64,000 nucleotides of DNA from Eledone cirrhosa (GCA_964016885.1 OZ024755.1:15314001-15378000), one strand, 5' to 3'; shown: positions 16,785 to 32,043, numbered from the stretch's first letter. Notes: generated by a model from the letters alone, not told the origin. Numbers and translations are program-made.

Positions 16785-17825
16785 TTATATATATATATAT
16801 ACATACATTTATATATATATATATACATACATTTATATATATATATATACATACATTTATATATATATATATACATACATTTATATATATATATATACAT
16901 ACATTTATATATATATATATACATACATTTATATATATATATATACATACATTTATATATATATATATACATACATTTATATATATATATATACATACAT
17001 TTATATATATATATATACATACATTTATATATATATATATATACATTTATATATATATATATACATTTATATATATATATATATACATTTATATATATAT
17101 ATATACATTTATATATATATATATACATTTATATATATATATATACATTTATATATATATATATACATTTATATATATATATATATACATTTATATATAT
17201 ATATATATACATTTATATATATATATATATATACATTTATATATATATATACACATTTATATATATATATATACATTTATATATATATATATACATTTAT
17301 ATATATATATATATACATTTATATATATATATATACACATTTATATATATATATATATATACACATTTATATATATACATTTATACACATTTATATATAT
17401 ACATTTATATATACATTTATATATATATACACATTTATATATATACATTTATATATATACATATACATTTATATATATATACATATACATTTATATATAT
17501 ACATATACATTTATATATATATATATACATTTATATATATATATATACATTTATATATATATATATACATTTATATATATATATATATACATTTATATAT
17601 ATATATATACATTTATATATATATATACATTTATATATATATATATACATTTATATATATATATATACATTTATATATATATATATACATTTATATATAT
17701 ATATATACATTTATATATATATATATACATTTATATATATATATATACATTTATATATATATATATACATTTATATATATATATACATTTATATATATAT
17801 ATACATTTATATATATATACACATT

Positions 17826-17894
<69 letters not shown>

Positions 17895-17990
17895 TTATAT
17901 ATATATATATACATTTATATATATATATATATACACATTTATATATATATATATATATACATTTATATATATATATATATATATATATAG
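16750..17990. repeat. (TA)nCATT compound satellite
   Basis: Recurrent ...TATACATTTATATA... units of roughly 18-24 bp. Confidence 0.95.
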
Positions 17991-19789
17991 GTTTCTAATA
18001 TAAAAAAAACCCAGTAAACAGCAATTACCGGGATAGTTTGAAAAGACAACATTGTATAAGAAGAAATAATATCCATTCAGGTGAGTGAAGCATTGTAACA
18101 GGAAAAAAATATTACAAAAGATTTATTTCTGGAGAAAAACGAAAATTTAACCCCAAACAAACAATCAATGAAAACAACCAAATCCCTATTAAATACTAGA
18201 GAAAATCGAAAAATCCTAGCAAATTACTTGCAAATCCTTCACACGAAGCACATTGAAAGACGGATCTCAGGAGGAATTGAATGTATGAAAATATATTTCA
18301 CACGGTAAACGGAAAGATGAGTGCAGAAAAAGCAAATAATTTGTAAATATTTTCATTCGAAAATGTGTTTTTGTTTCTAGTTTTGTCATTCGTTTTCAAT
18401 AAAAATTACAGTTTAAGCCATCTTAAAAGAATTATCAGAAATCTAGTTAAATTCTTAGATGATATAATTCCATAGCATCGTAATAAAACTGCTTTCTTTT
18501 ATTTGATAATAATCTCTCTTTTAAGTTATTCCTTTTAATAGGTGCCGTTCTTCATGAACGTATGTGTATGTGTAAATGAATAACAGACGACGTGTGTTAT
18601 TCTGTTGACAATAATAGAGATTATTAGAGATAAATAGTATTGATGTGAACGGTACTGTGCTCCAAATTTCTTTAGAGTCCTACTGTTAGATGGGACTTTT
18701 ATACAATAATAATGAACATTTTGTTAACTGGTTAAGGTACTATCTCCGTATATACGTAATGTTGTGTTCACCATATTTCTGCCACAATTACGAGTTACTC
18801 AAAATATTGTGAGAGGAATTTTGCTCACAGAAACCATGCATACGTCCGTCAGATGAAGAATCTTCCCGGTTCTTGGATTGTGGACGTAATAAGGTTAACA
18901 GACCAAAGAACATCACCTTCGTGTGGGGGAGGTCGTCACGGTGATGTTCGCTAAAGGAGTAATCAACCGAAGCAGACAAGATTACGCTTCATTGACAAGC
19001 ATCCGCCGCTCTTCTTTCCGAGGAACTTGTTCACCCTCCACAGACTCCTCTTCAGGGTGCGTGGTGTGTCCCTGCGTGTTTGAACCACACAAATGTCGCT
19101 TGGGATTGTAGGACATGCCGTTTCCCAACTACATGCCACGATGAACGACATCATCATTACTCTCAACGCAACTTACTCCCCGTCACAACTGGTGCCAGCA
19201 TGCCTCGACACCGAAATATGTCTCTTCCTATTCGAGGGGTGTAAATTCGTAATCTAGGACGTGACGTGTTGCGACTTGTTTTCCGCCTCCAACCTTGTTG
19301 CTTCGGCCACAAACCGCGGCACCGTCGCAAATCCTGGCACCACAACCCACAATGTAGAGAACTGGAAAATAAATAATTACTGGTCCTTAACCGACTGTTC
19401 CTTTTCGTACCGATCATCGCCGTCACCTCAGGTCTCCTCTGTCCCTGCTGATTTCTGTTATTTTATCGACTCCGCAAGAATGAAAGGCAAAACTGACCTC
19501 GGCATGATTTGAACTGAGAAAGTAAGGGACATACCAATATGACGCAAAGCATATTCGACGCTTTAACAATGATAATAAGTTAAGGCTTATATTCTAAGTG
19601 CCCTATTTGGAAAATTACCTCACAGATCATGTTTTGAATTAGTAAACCGTATCTGTTTATGTCGTAAGAGGTGACTAAGTCTGCAAGTGCAAGCAATTAC
19701 AACGGGATAAACACGTTTCCCAAAAAATGATTCAATTATGAATTTGAAATCTATGATGCACCTGCAGGGCTAACCTCTGCATCAGAAGG

Positions 19790-20135
19790 GGCATTAGCCT
19801 TAAAATCCCCATCTTCCTCTTTTTCGACATATTTCGGAAAGGATCATGGGGACTGAATCTTGAGACACGCCTTCTAAAGGTCAATATCGAAGCAACCGTC
19901 TCCGATTGATCCGGCTGGATCTTCAAGAGAGACCAAGTGATTTAGTGCATGTTTTCCAATCATCTTGACTGTGGTGTACCTCAGGGCTGGTTGGCTTTGT
20001 CCACAAAATCTGACCAACGAGTCTTACCTTTTCGTATTATCGGATTTGTGATCTCTTGATTCGGAGAAGTGGCGGCTCAACCTGGAGCGACACCCTGATC
20101 TCCGAGGTACTGTCCATATCGAGTAACGTTACCAC
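19790..20135 (-). mobile_element. Degenerate RTE (Expander/BovB-like) 3' fragment
   Basis: Minus-strand translation SEIRVSLQVEPPLLRIKRSQIR* ... TRWSDFV ... WSLLKIQPD resembles the RTE ORF C-terminus. Confidence 0.6.
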
Positions 20136-21481
20136 AAAATCCTTTCGGAGGCACCCCATTTCGGTCGCTTGTTTTTGCAATCATCTGCCAAATGAATTTC
20201 ATATAAAATAAATATTAACTATATTTTAAAGAAAATAATTCTTTAATAAAATATTGAAATCCTCAAATTAGCTTATATAAAATATTAAATTTTTATTCAG
20301 TTATGTATGTTGTTGTTTTAAAGTTTTCTATTAATTAAAACTTACATTCAATAGCTCATTAACCCGGATTCTTTCAGCAAGATGGATTTTGTGCGCAAGA
20401 AAATTATTTATGCAACTGTTGGAATGTGTTAATATTTATTGATATTTGATGCTTTTCATTACAGTTGACATGTTTAAGTGTAATTTCTAAAAATCTTTCT
20501 TTTTTTTAATATTTTGTTAATATTAAGAATCAGAAAAAAATCATTAATTGGCATTTAATCTCACCGATTTATAGAAATCGTAATAACTCCATCAACTGAT
20601 TTTTGTATTTAATGTGAAATTATTGAATTGATCTTCATTGCGATGTGATGTGAGTTTCAAATTGTAAAAGGTTAATTTTGAAATAAATCAAATTAGATTT
20701 AGAAGTAACATTTTAATTATTTCCGTAACACTAACTACTATTGCTGTATTAGATACATGCATTGAATATTCTATAGCATACAGATTTTGTCCTATAGCTT
20801 CTGAGCACACATTCAATTTGGGAATTCGAATTAAAAAACATTCTCCCAAAACAGTTCTGTCTCTCTTAATTCTAAAGCCCCAAAATATTGTATTTATTTT
20901 GTTTTTGTCTCAGCACAAAGCCTTTCTCTGATAAACATGCCAGAATAAAACTGATTATTTTAAAAGTCACCCTTCGCAATGAGACCAAGAATATTAGTGT
21001 AACTATTTACTGGAGTGTTACTACAACTAAACTTCTCGCCATATACTTACGGAAAATCTTGCGGTGCTCTTAAAGAAATCGTCATTTAACATATATTACT
21101 TGATGTTTCATTGATATTAAGCTATTTATTTCTTTAAGCGTAACATATAACTATTTTCTATTCGAGAGGTCTATGTTAAAACGAAGCTGCCTCATTTAAT
21201 TTCTTTGTTTAGAATAAATAATAGGAAATAAAATCAACTATAAACACTCGCCTATAAAGATAAATGAAATTGTAACTACATTATCTTTATCATCACTTCA
21301 TTTCATGCGCTTATTTTTGCCTATATAATTACACGTTTCTCTCTCTGTCTCGTGTGCACGTTTAATTTCGTTTACATTCTTCCCTTTTACACTGGAATTT
21401 ATACAGATTCTTTTTTATCTTGTAGTTATTCTTGTTATTACTTTATTAGATGTTCTACAGTCACTTTGTATCCTCTTGTAG

Positions 21482-21588
21482 GGGCGCCGGCGTCATAGAC
21501 GACGAAACCTGGGCATTGAAAACATGGTAAATTCCACAGCTACCTATATCAGAACGCAGCCGAATTCTTCAAGAGAAAGAAGGAAACG
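21482..21588 (+). CDS. Candidate internal host-gene exon (GRRRHRRRNLGIENMVNSTATYIRTQPNSSRERRKR)
   Basis: Acceptor ctttgtatcctcttgtAG and donor CG|GTGAGT. GC-richer than flanks. Only one frame is open (phase 0 to phase 2). Confidence 0.55.
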
Positions 21589-22864
21589 GTGAGTAAGAAG
21601 ATAATACTATGTATTGAACTAGAAAGGATGAAAATCAAAGTTAACCGTTCTGAAGACACCAAGTGCTGTTTTCGTTACGTTATGCATTATTTCTATTTTT
21701 GATACTAATGAATAACAATAATGTAATATATAACGTAGTACTTCCAAATCGTCGTTGGTTGCTTTTGTTCTGTATGGAGCATTGAGCGAATTTCATCGTT
21801 TCTGTAGCAAATTTGATTAATGGAGGTAAAGTTGCTAGATACGCGCTCTATTCCCCCTTCCAATCTCAATTTAAATATTAATCTACGATAAGAAAGATGG
21901 TAATGAGATAAAAGTAAGACAATTTATCTCATATCTTATGTCACAATTACGTTATATACATTCAGATCTCAGCTTCATAGGAATCTAGAAGAAACTATAG
22001 TTAATATTTCTACACGGAAATTTAATATATCATAAAATAAATCAATGAGGAGAAGAAATGAAAACAACGTACCTCATATTGTATGTCCCAATTCAACATG
22101 TTAGAATATAACAATATATACACAAACTAATTATATATAATAAAGACATTCAATTGACGATAGACATATCTCCTCTATTTTACCATTATTCTTTAAAATG
22201 TAAATATGCAAATCTTAATGAAATGCTTCGCTGCAATTTAAGCATTTAATTATTTCTCTTAACTAATTCTCTATAATAAAAATATTTAACAGTTGGTTCA
22301 CTATGGAGAGCTTGCGTACGATGGGAAGGAAAGGCACTTGGCATTTCTGTACTGAAATATCGTACTAGAGAGAGGAAAATATTTATATTTTTATTTGGTG
22401 AAATATAATCAGAAATCCATATTTATTGAGAATATCTAACTTCAGCAGAATATTGCTATTCGTGTAACTGTATTAATGTGCAGATTATAAGTGTCTAGTG
22501 GTTTCGTGCCGCCTGTAATGATGGTAATAGTTTGGAGTCCACATTTCGGATACAAGGATTACCATATAAATTGCGTTTTGATACATTGATGGTTTGCATA
22601 AAAGAAAACTTATAGTTTTTGTGCATTATTGATTCAGCGAAGGGGTTAAAGATTAGAATAACATTTCAATAATGTTGTGCTAAGTTATAAAAGTAAAGTA
22701 TATATTTACGAATGGCATATATTAATTTAGTTTATGAGTAGGGTTCAAGAAATAACTATTTACAATGAAAATGCAGGATTAGAAAGCAAGACATTATGAT
22801 TAGAATACTAATTGTTAATGCAGCAAGAGGGAGAATACAATGCATATTCTAATATATATATATA

Positions 22865-22892
<28 letters not shown>

Positions 22893-22897
<5 letters not shown>

Positions 22898-23050
22898 GAC
22901 TTCTACAGGCCTAAAAATATTTCATTCAACTGAACCAGTTCTAGGCCTATAGAAATTATTTCTATATATGATAAATATTTCTATACCCTACTAGTATTTT
23001 GAATACCTCTTTAACTGGGATTACTCACGACACAATTCGGGAATCTACAT
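22893..23050 (+). mobile_element. Short PLE-type end remnant, related to 23261-23470
   Basis: Homologous to the reverse complement of 23261-23370, with a short inverted arm on the left. Flanked by microsatellites. Confidence 0.55.
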
Positions 23051-23097
23051 ATTGTGTGTGTGTGTGTGTGTGTGTGTGTATGAATATATATATATAA

Positions 23098-23128
<31 letters not shown>

Positions 23129-23129
23129 A

Positions 23130-23208
<79 letters not shown>

Positions 23209-23220
23209 AATACATGTATG

Positions 23221-23260
<40 letters not shown>

Positions 23261-23264
<4 letters not shown>

Positions 23265-23470
23265 TTTATCCCGGGTTCAAACGGGGGTAACCTCAGTAAA
23301 TAAGGTACTCAATACAAAGCAGAGTATATCTATTTAATATAGAAATGCCTTCTACAGGACTAGAACTTTTTCATTCTGGAGAAATCATTACTTGGACAGT
23401 TTGGCTTCCGCATGATTTCTCCCGAATGAAACAATTCTAGTCCTGTAGAAGCCATTTCTATATTAAATAT
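23261..23470. mobile_element. Palindromic PLE-type remnant with tail and hammerhead motif
   Basis: Inverted repeat 23332-23388/23412-23469 and tail 23261-23331. HHR-like 23402-23454 with stem I TGGCTTC/GAAGCCA and mutated core CGCATGA. Confidence 0.75.
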
Positions 23471-23871
23471 ATATATATATATATGTTTGTATGTGTATGT
23501 GTATGTTCGGTTAAATGGATATTACATAGTGTACATACATGCACGCACACACACACGCAGATACAAGCGCATACATAAAATATTTACCTGTGACTGTTCA
23601 AACATTATCGTATAATGATATCAATTACTGGAATAATGACACCGATATCAAGAAAAGCAATATTTAATAATGAAGCCGAAATCTAACCGGAAGTGTTATG
23701 GGTGGAAAATGAATATAAACTACGAGTGACAACGACAGAATATGATTGATGAGGTTGTTGAAAATGAGTCAGCACATGGCCAGTGTTGCAATATGGGTTA
23801 CAGACATACTTGTTAGAGTAATATTAAAGTTTAATATTATATATAGATATATTTGATACACACACACTATA

Positions 23872-23939
<68 letters not shown>

Positions 23940-24055
23940 AACCAGTAAGACCCCGACAGCTGAGCTCAAGCCGAAGTATTATCCACTCTACTACCTCAAG
24001 TATTGAGTACTTTGGTGCGTTATGGTCCACCTGGTTCCTTACCACATTTCCTTCG

Positions 24056-24093
<38 letters not shown>

Positions 24094-24174
24094 TTAGGTA
24101 TATCCTAATGTTTGTTGAGTGAGATTGAGTTGGTCGGAGTATCGCTTAAGGCTTTCTCTGTTTATGTATTGCAT

Positions 24175-24208
<34 letters not shown>

Positions 24209-24404
24209 ATATATATACATATTACATATATACCCACTATTCATCTCCCCATGCATTGAATACTCCCATGATTAGTGGGTCTCTCCGGTGTCTGCACCGC
24301 AGAATCTCTCTCTCTTTCTTTTTCCTGTAGATATATGTGTGTATGTGTATATATGTATATATGTGTGTATGTACGTGTGTGTATGTAAATATGTATACAC
24401 ACAT

Positions 24405-24650
24405 AAACTGCGCGGTTAAACCACTGGGAGTGAAGGACCCCTAGCCTTTGCCAGGGCATTCTTCTAGGAGAAGGCAACTCAGGAAACTGGGATAACTCCG
24501 ATGTAAAACCTGCGGCTCAGTAGTTACCGATGATGTTGATCTTTTCTTCTTTTCGGGTTATAGCTACTGTCGCTCAGAGAGTGGGATTGGCTCAGTGCAC
24601 AGTCTTTCCTCACTTTAAAAAATATCTTCACGCAAAGACATTGCACGATA
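24405..24650 (+). mobile_element. Interspersed repeat, probably the 5' UTR of an RTE-like LINE (second copy 43011-43200)
   Basis: Shared blocks TAGCCTTTG..TTCTAGGAG.AGG.AA, ATGATGTTGA and AGAGAGTGGGA.TGGCT in both copies. The family assignment is inference. Confidence 0.45.
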
Positions 24651-24781
24651 GAATTAATTAATAATTATTAATAATGGTATATCGTGCAATGGCCATACTC
24701 GATAATGAGGGGGCAGAATACATCGTTCATCAATCGGATATAAAATGTATTCGTGGTTGTTGTAGGGGGCAGCATTGTCGA

Positions 24782-25200
24782 TTATACACATCTTCGAAGA
24801 TAGACTACATATTTCGCTATTTGGCGAGTGATGTTAGGTAGATGGTTAGAGCCTTTGTTTATATAGCTCCTTTCACCGTTTGCTTTATGAAACAGTCGGT
24901 GTAGGCCCGTGTTTAGGTCCAGGATTATATACAAAAAATTAGCGATGTTAAGGTTTGTTATAACAATTGATACGAGACCCAGCCGTTGCACTGTACTAAT
25001 CAAGGTTTGTCCTAGCTTGTCCATTTCAAACCCACTATACTTACGGGCAGTGCCAATTCAATCATCTCTCTATATTCCTAGTTCCATGGCTGCAATTTTG
25101 TTCTTCAGAGTGTGCAGCAGATACAGACCGACAAGGTCTGTCTCCTCGGTTCCACCTTATGTTTCTGAGAGTGCGTACGTGAATCTCCAGAGTATCAGGT
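24782..25200 (-). pseudogene. Degenerate RT fragment of a second PLE lineage (GLYRDDG type)
   Basis: EETDLVGLYLLHTL...GI*RDD*...TNLNIANFLYIILDLNTG...YINKGSNHLPNITRQI resembles PLE RT motifs ELVGLYLL, GLYRDDG, NFLDVTL and SNHPP. Confidence 0.75.
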
Positions 25201-25273
25201 TTTACCCATGATAAATGAATATTTTAACTCTTATTCGGTATTGAGTACTCCTTCTCTCGTTCGTTAATAATCC

Positions 25274-25316
<43 letters not shown>

Positions 25317-27972
25317 TGCGTGTGTGTTAGATTGTCTTATGCATGTGTATGTTTGTGGTTAATAAAGAAATCATTAATAATCATCAATATAGATGGAACT
25401 TGTGCAATCTTTTATACTACGCCCTCAGTCACCCAAACTACAATCATATATTTTAATACTCGATAGATTATAATATAACACTTACTTCAATGATTGACTA
25501 TGAAAACAGGCTTGTGTTTTGGGTATGTTTGCTTCTGTTCTCAGAATCGATAAAAGAAATTAAGAAAAGAAGCATTAACTATCGACTTCAGCTTATGTGA
25601 ACTCTCCAGTCGATTTTTGTTCCATGTTATAATAATTTCTAATCAATTCCTTTGTGATGGTTCTTCAGAAATGTATGGCCATCGTAATTGAAGGCCATGA
25701 ATCTAAATTTGCTTAAGGCATAGGGAAATCAGTGTGACATATGTACTTTTATCAACAGTCTTCATTGATAATAGTTCGCTCACACAATGTTAAAATGTAC
25801 GCATATCATTAAACTATAAATACAGTATATCGCTACAATCAATATCTCAGAAATATCTACGTTGAAAATAAATATTTGTCAAAAGAAATAAAGATCTACA
25901 GAGTCTTAAACTGATATGTTTGTGTCTTAAAATTTGTAGAGATTCTTAGGTTTAGAGGAACGGAAAGGTATATTTGTTTGTATGATCAAAAAAAGTGTCC
26001 ATTGGTCTTTCTAATGCTAAATCTATGTGTGGATAGAAAATCCTGGCAGAAGGGTATCTGATTTGAGCGCATAACGCATAGAGCCGAATCAGATACCACA
26101 AGGTATTCCGTCCGACTCTTCACTAATTCTTCCGCTCCACCACTCCTGGAGAGGTACCTTATTTATGGATCCCCAAAAGGATTTATGGGAAAGTTGGCAT
26201 CGGAAGGAATTGAAGTTAGAACGCAGTGAGTAGGAACATATACGGTTTGATTTAATCCGACGCTCAAAACTATTATGAGTTCAATTTAGACACCAAATCT
26301 ATATATTTTATTTTGTTATATGTATGCTACAATGTGGACAAAGGATGAGTTAGAAATGTAACTTTTATCCGTGTTATTTGTGTTGTAAACTGTTTATGAT
26401 GGCGTTACGTAATTTGACTATGCAGTACCACATTTTATAGTGAGACTGACCTTCAAGGCCATCTAATTGTCTCTTTTCTGTAAATGTATCAAACTAATTT
26501 GAACTTCCTAATTATTATTTGTTTCATTTCATTGAATAAACACATTCTGTACTCTTTGTTAGAAATCTCGACGGATATATTGGCACATGTTCAATTTCAA
26601 TTTACTGAAAGATATAGCTGCATTCAGCTAACCTATTATTTATAATATTCACTTAATGTCGTCAGACAACAACCAGGAAGGAAGTTCATGGGGCATAGAT
26701 TGGGAAGTCACCGTCTTCACTGTATATAACAATTTGCTATAGGGATGCATTCATGATTTCCATCTCCCCATTCATTCCTTTCTCGTGCATTTGTCAATAT
26801 ATAATACTTGTGCAATGTTTCTTTTGCAATCATGTACTTTCAAGTTCCAAATAATAGGTGGAGGGGGATAAGCCGGAGGGTAGACATTTGCTTAAATTAT
26901 TACAAGCGGGACGGTTGGAGTTAATGGGGGACGGAAATCGGTAATTGTATAGTGTACGTTCGTAAATATTAGATTTCTTGCAATGTTCTTCTTTCTCATG
27001 TATAATGTTGCTTTTTAATGTAAAATAAGATTATTACTAGAATCGAAACCATTACTGTACTGATAACTTATTTATCGATCTCAAAAAGCAAAAGGCAAAT
27101 TGTACCTCAGTGGGATTCGATTTCGGAGCGCAGTGAGCCAGGAAAACTCTGTTGGCCTTTTTAAACCGACGCTCTAACAAATTATACAATTTTCTGCATT
27201 TCAAACAGAAGTAACTATGGTGCCAGTTCCTCATATACACTAACATATATACGAAGGTGGTTGAAAAGTGCAGTCTGAATATGAAGGCTTGATGCTAGTA
27301 ATATTTTGCATGCATTAATTTCTACTCTTCTTATTAATAACTACATTGTTTCTTTCCATGACCTATGTTGAAAAATAAAACACATTTGGTCATTCCATGA
27401 GAGTATCTTGATAGGAATATGGATATTTCAGTCGACTCTCGTACAGCATGTTCATTTTAAAGTCGTTTGGGTTGGGTTAATATGAAGAAAGAAATGTGAT
27501 GAGGGGAAGTATTTTGAATATTCTGTCAGATTTAGAAAGATGTCAGCGGACGTTGTCAAACAGAAGCTAATCTCATTAGCTTTTGACTTACGAACAAACA
27601 ATGACTGATAAGAATAAACAACATTATCTATCAGAAGCACTTAAATCTGATGCTCTATAGAGTGAGGTTAACAGATATCAGAGAAGCAATTCCTGCAGAT
27701 ATAACATAAGTATATATATATATGATAATTAGAATGACAGAACAATGTGAGAAAAAAGTAGACCAAGAAGTCTTAGAAATCCGAAAAGTGAAATTTGGCA
27801 GATACAGTACATATAGAAATCAATATATAGGCCTTTAAATGGATAAACGTACAGGTATTATTTATATCTATATGATTCTATTTACACTCTTTTGCACTTT
27901 ATATATAAATATATCTGTGTATTTATGTGCGTACACATACATATATATATAGATATATATACACACACACAC

Positions 27973-28020
<48 letters not shown>

Positions 28021-29779
28021 ATTAAAAAAGCTAAAAGAAAAAGAGATACAATTAGTCATATTAGTTTCACTTCCGTTAGAAAACGAAAGACACACACACA
28101 TGTATGATTGTGTGTATATATATATATATATATGTATATTTATTTATGTATGTATATAAATTCATATATTTCTGTATTCGTGCGTGATATATAAATGTGT
28201 TTATGTATAGAGATAAATTTAATGGCTGGCATGTTAAATACTTAGTGCATAGGGTTGATGTAAATATACTATAATATAGGTTTTGACAATAATAAAGGAG
28301 AGAAATGTGTTACAAAAGAGAAATATCGAACGATATATTTTGTAGTTGGATTCTTTCAGTGAAATGTGAAATAAATAAAGAAATGAATGGCTAGGAATTT
28401 GATTTCTGGTATAAAATGTAATATATTGTATTATTTAAGAAAACGTAGGATATAGTTGAAGGAAATAAAAATACAAAATCATATCGTAGAATTGTATAAA
28501 ATATTGATCAACTCATTAGAAAGGTGAAGACCAAACAGAGATAAATTAAACATCTCAAATATATAGAAATAAGCCACATAAAGAAATAATAAATAGTTAC
28601 TGTTAAGTGTGGGAATATATTTTGATTATCCTTTCGCAATTCGTTTTAATAATAGAAAGCCAAAGGAATGAGAATGGTGGAGGCGAAGAAGACAAAGAAT
28701 TATGTGGATGGGTAATATAAAGAATTGAACCGACTTAAAATGTTGTAAATTTAAATGGACAGTAGGAAAAAAGCCAAGATCCTGACCATGTTTTTCAGAC
28801 TGCTGAGAACAAACGTTAACCGTTGCTGCTGGTGATGATGATGATGATGAATGTGTAGTGCAGTCGTAGAATCATTTGAGCATCGGATTATATGCTGTGA
28901 AGCATCTATTTATGACCTATTACATCCAAATCCCACCGAGATCTACTTTACCATTCATTCTTTTGTGGTCGATAAAACAATGTAGCAGTAATTATTGGGA
29001 TCGATATAGTTGAGTTTACCCCCACCAAAAGTGCATTCCTTGTACCTAATTTAGAAATCAAAATTTATAAGCTCGTATTTTTTACAACAGAAAAGAAGCA
29101 CCCATGTGTGCGTATGTACTTGCAATTCAGCCTGTGATATTAAATAGTAGTAAACACTCTTCTAAATATAAATAACAGAAATTAACTTTGAAAAAATGTA
29201 CAGGCATGGCTGGGTTGTCAAAAAGGGCGGTCTGCCATCATGATGCATTTTGTATCGTTTCATTCAATCTACAAAACTTTCCAGAACAACACAGTATCTC
29301 CTATGAACTTACACATACACACACACACATACATACATACATATACACTTGATTTGAATTTAAACGAAGCTGGAGTCGTCATCTTTACGTTAAACAATAT
29401 AAAATGTTTCATTGTAATTTCACCATTTATCGTTTTACGAACCAATGTATTGCCCCGCAAAGAAAGCTAACTGGCATAATCCCCGTGTGGTATCTTGAGC
29501 AAAGGTCACGAAAGACCCAAGCCTCTTGAGTAAGGTGTTGTAGACAAGGAGAGCCATGAAAGGGACTGTATCAGTAATTCGTTACACATGGTATAATACT
29601 GAATGTATCCGAGAATTCATTTATGAGTACACGTCTCAGTGGTACACACTAACATATATACATACATATCATGCACTATGCTGATTTGTGCTGTTCTCGC
29701 AACACAGACTATCCATCTAAACCTATGTGTGTGTATGCATACGCACACACACGGGAAAGAGAGAGAGAGAGAGAGAGAG

Positions 29780-30003
29780 AGAAGTGGTTACACAACAGTT
29801 AGTTCACCATACCGAGAATAATTGTTTCACCTTAGCGGATCCTCAGCTCGTAATATACGAGCATTACGAGCTGAGGATCCGCTAAGGTGAAACAATTATT
29901 CTCGGTATGGTGAACTAACTGTTGTGTAACCACTTCTACCTAACTCGTCCCATGGACTGAGTGCTCTACGACTACAGATATTACCTTCCAGTGTTCTACC
30001 ACT
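29780..30003. mobile_element. Palindromic PLE-type remnant with hammerhead motif and tail
   Basis: Perfect 75-bp arms 29780-29854/29863-29937. CTGAGGA-TCC-gctaa-GGT-GAAA-caatta-tt-CTCG at 29867-29904. Tail 29938-30003. Confidence 0.8.
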
Positions 30004-30023
30004 ATATATATATATATATATAT

Positions 30024-30440
30024 AACGTTTGTATTTGTAAAGCCAAAACAATGCAGGTATGGATATAGAATATAAATGCAAAAGATATTGTTGACAATTA
30101 GTCTTTTACCTTACATGTATTTAAATATCCTTAATTTTCGAGATAATATCTCTTCTTCGGAGGGAGGTAAAGTGGTTAAACCAGCGTTCTAAATAGCTTG
30201 CCTAGTCTGACTTGGCAAGCTATTTAGAACGCTGGTTTAACCACTTTACTTCCCTCCGAAGAAAAGATATTATCTCGAAAATTAAGGATATTTAAATAAA
30301 TTTAAGGTAAAAGACTGTCAACAATATATTTTGCATTTGCATTTATATTCTATATCCATACCTGCATTGTTTTGGCTTTACAAATACAAACGTTTATACC
30401 TCATTACACAATGCTTCAAGTGAACTATAACTTCCTCCAT
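30024..30440. mobile_element. Palindromic PLE-type remnant (~180-bp arms) with minimal hammerhead motif and tail
   Basis: Arms 30024-~30206/~30209-30394. cct-CCGAAGA-a-(a/g)AGAT-att-ATCTC-GAAA-at-TA-agg. Single-arm relative at 45048-45240. Confidence 0.8.
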
Positions 30441-31746
30441 ATATATATATATATATTAATAGAGGGAGAGAGAGACGAAGAGAGAACATTTCCCTAACGT
30501 TGTATTTCAAACATTTGCATAAAATAGACAATTCTACAAAGTCAAATACTCAGATCAGAGAAAATATATCACTGAAAAGAAATATATAATAATACCAACA
30601 ATATTGATAGCTGAACGTACGTACAGCAATTCATACTGTCATTAATGAAATTATGTTTAAATTATGAGATAGCTACCATATATTTTCTCTTTCATTGTCA
30701 ATAAATTATAGACACAATCATCAATAACTCTATTTTATAACCTCTGGGATTACCCATTCTCACTCTCCTTAGTGTAGTGCTGATGCTACCACTAATAGTG
30801 CTGCTGCTGCTACTGATAGTACTACTACTACTACTACTGCCGCTGCTACTACTACTTATCCTATCACCACCACTTAACCAGCATCACCATTAATTGATTC
30901 AATCGTCTGCAAACTGCCCTGCAACTTTTAGTTACGCCAGATTACGTCCTGAATTGAAATCCCGTCAATTTCGACATCACTTCCATATTTCTGGGGTAGA
31001 TAAAATATGTACCAATGAACAACTCATGTTGAAATAATTGTCTATGTCATCTGCCGGCATCTGGCTTTTTAGTGCCTTAGATTAGCTCTAGAATGTACTA
31101 TCCTCATCATCCAGTTATGTTCCCTATTTTCTCTAATGAGGTAATTTCAACTTTAGTGAATTGGCGAACCTAGTTTCTGAAACATCTTGCATTGAAAATA
31201 GTAAAGAAATTACTATCCCTTCATTTTCCACTACGCACATCACACTCACTCACACCAAATGATGTGACAAGTCATAAAAATATACGACCCCCCCCCCCCT
31301 CTACGGCTTTGGGATATCTCTACAAAGCTGCTACGAGACAAAGATGTATAGTGATTTATTGATTGATGTCAGGGAATTATTATATATTTAAATTAATTAT
31401 GCACATTTGTATAAAACTGTGATGGTTTAAGATTTAGTAATGCATTGAGTCCTTCTGATTTTACAAATATATAAGCAGGTAAAAAGGAAACATTCAGAGA
31501 TATATTTTAAACGAAAACCTTTGAAAAGGTAGATTAACCATTGTAATATTGTCTATGGTATTTGTCCTGTGTGTCCCCTATTTTGAATTGTGAAACTCTT
31601 TACCTCCAGTCCCTCTCCTCTCTACTATCACACTAACTGAATGTATTTCATTCTATTTTTAAATTATTTACATTTATTAAACGAAAATCGCATTGCTGAA
31701 TTCTACCGCGTAATGATTAGTTGACTTCCACTATTATAGGGTTTCT

Positions 31747-31937
31747 GGGTATGAATTGGCAGTATCGGTAGAGGGTTGGAAGCCATGCTTTCTAGCATAC
31801 TTACGTCCCTTTACGATCTGAGTTCAAATCCCGTCGAGGTTAACTTTGCCTTTCATCCTTACGGGATCGATAAAATAAAGTACCAGTAATGCAGTGGTTA
31901 AGTGCTGGCCTTGTGCCAAAAGTAGAAACAACTATTA
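31747..31937 (+). mobile_element. tRNA-derived SINE (Meta/MESC-like core) with target-site duplication
   Basis: A box TGGCAGTATCGG, B box GAGTTCAAATCC and core GCCTTTCATCCTTACGGG.TCGATAAAATAAAGTACC. TSD ACTATTATAGG(G/C)TTTCTG. Confidence 0.9.
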
Positions 31938-32043
31938 TAGGCTTTCTGATGAAATGTAAGGAATAATTAAGTATTGCATATGATTGAACAATAAATATTG
32001 TACTAGAAAATTAAAATAGACACAGAAACATATCTTAAGGCAA

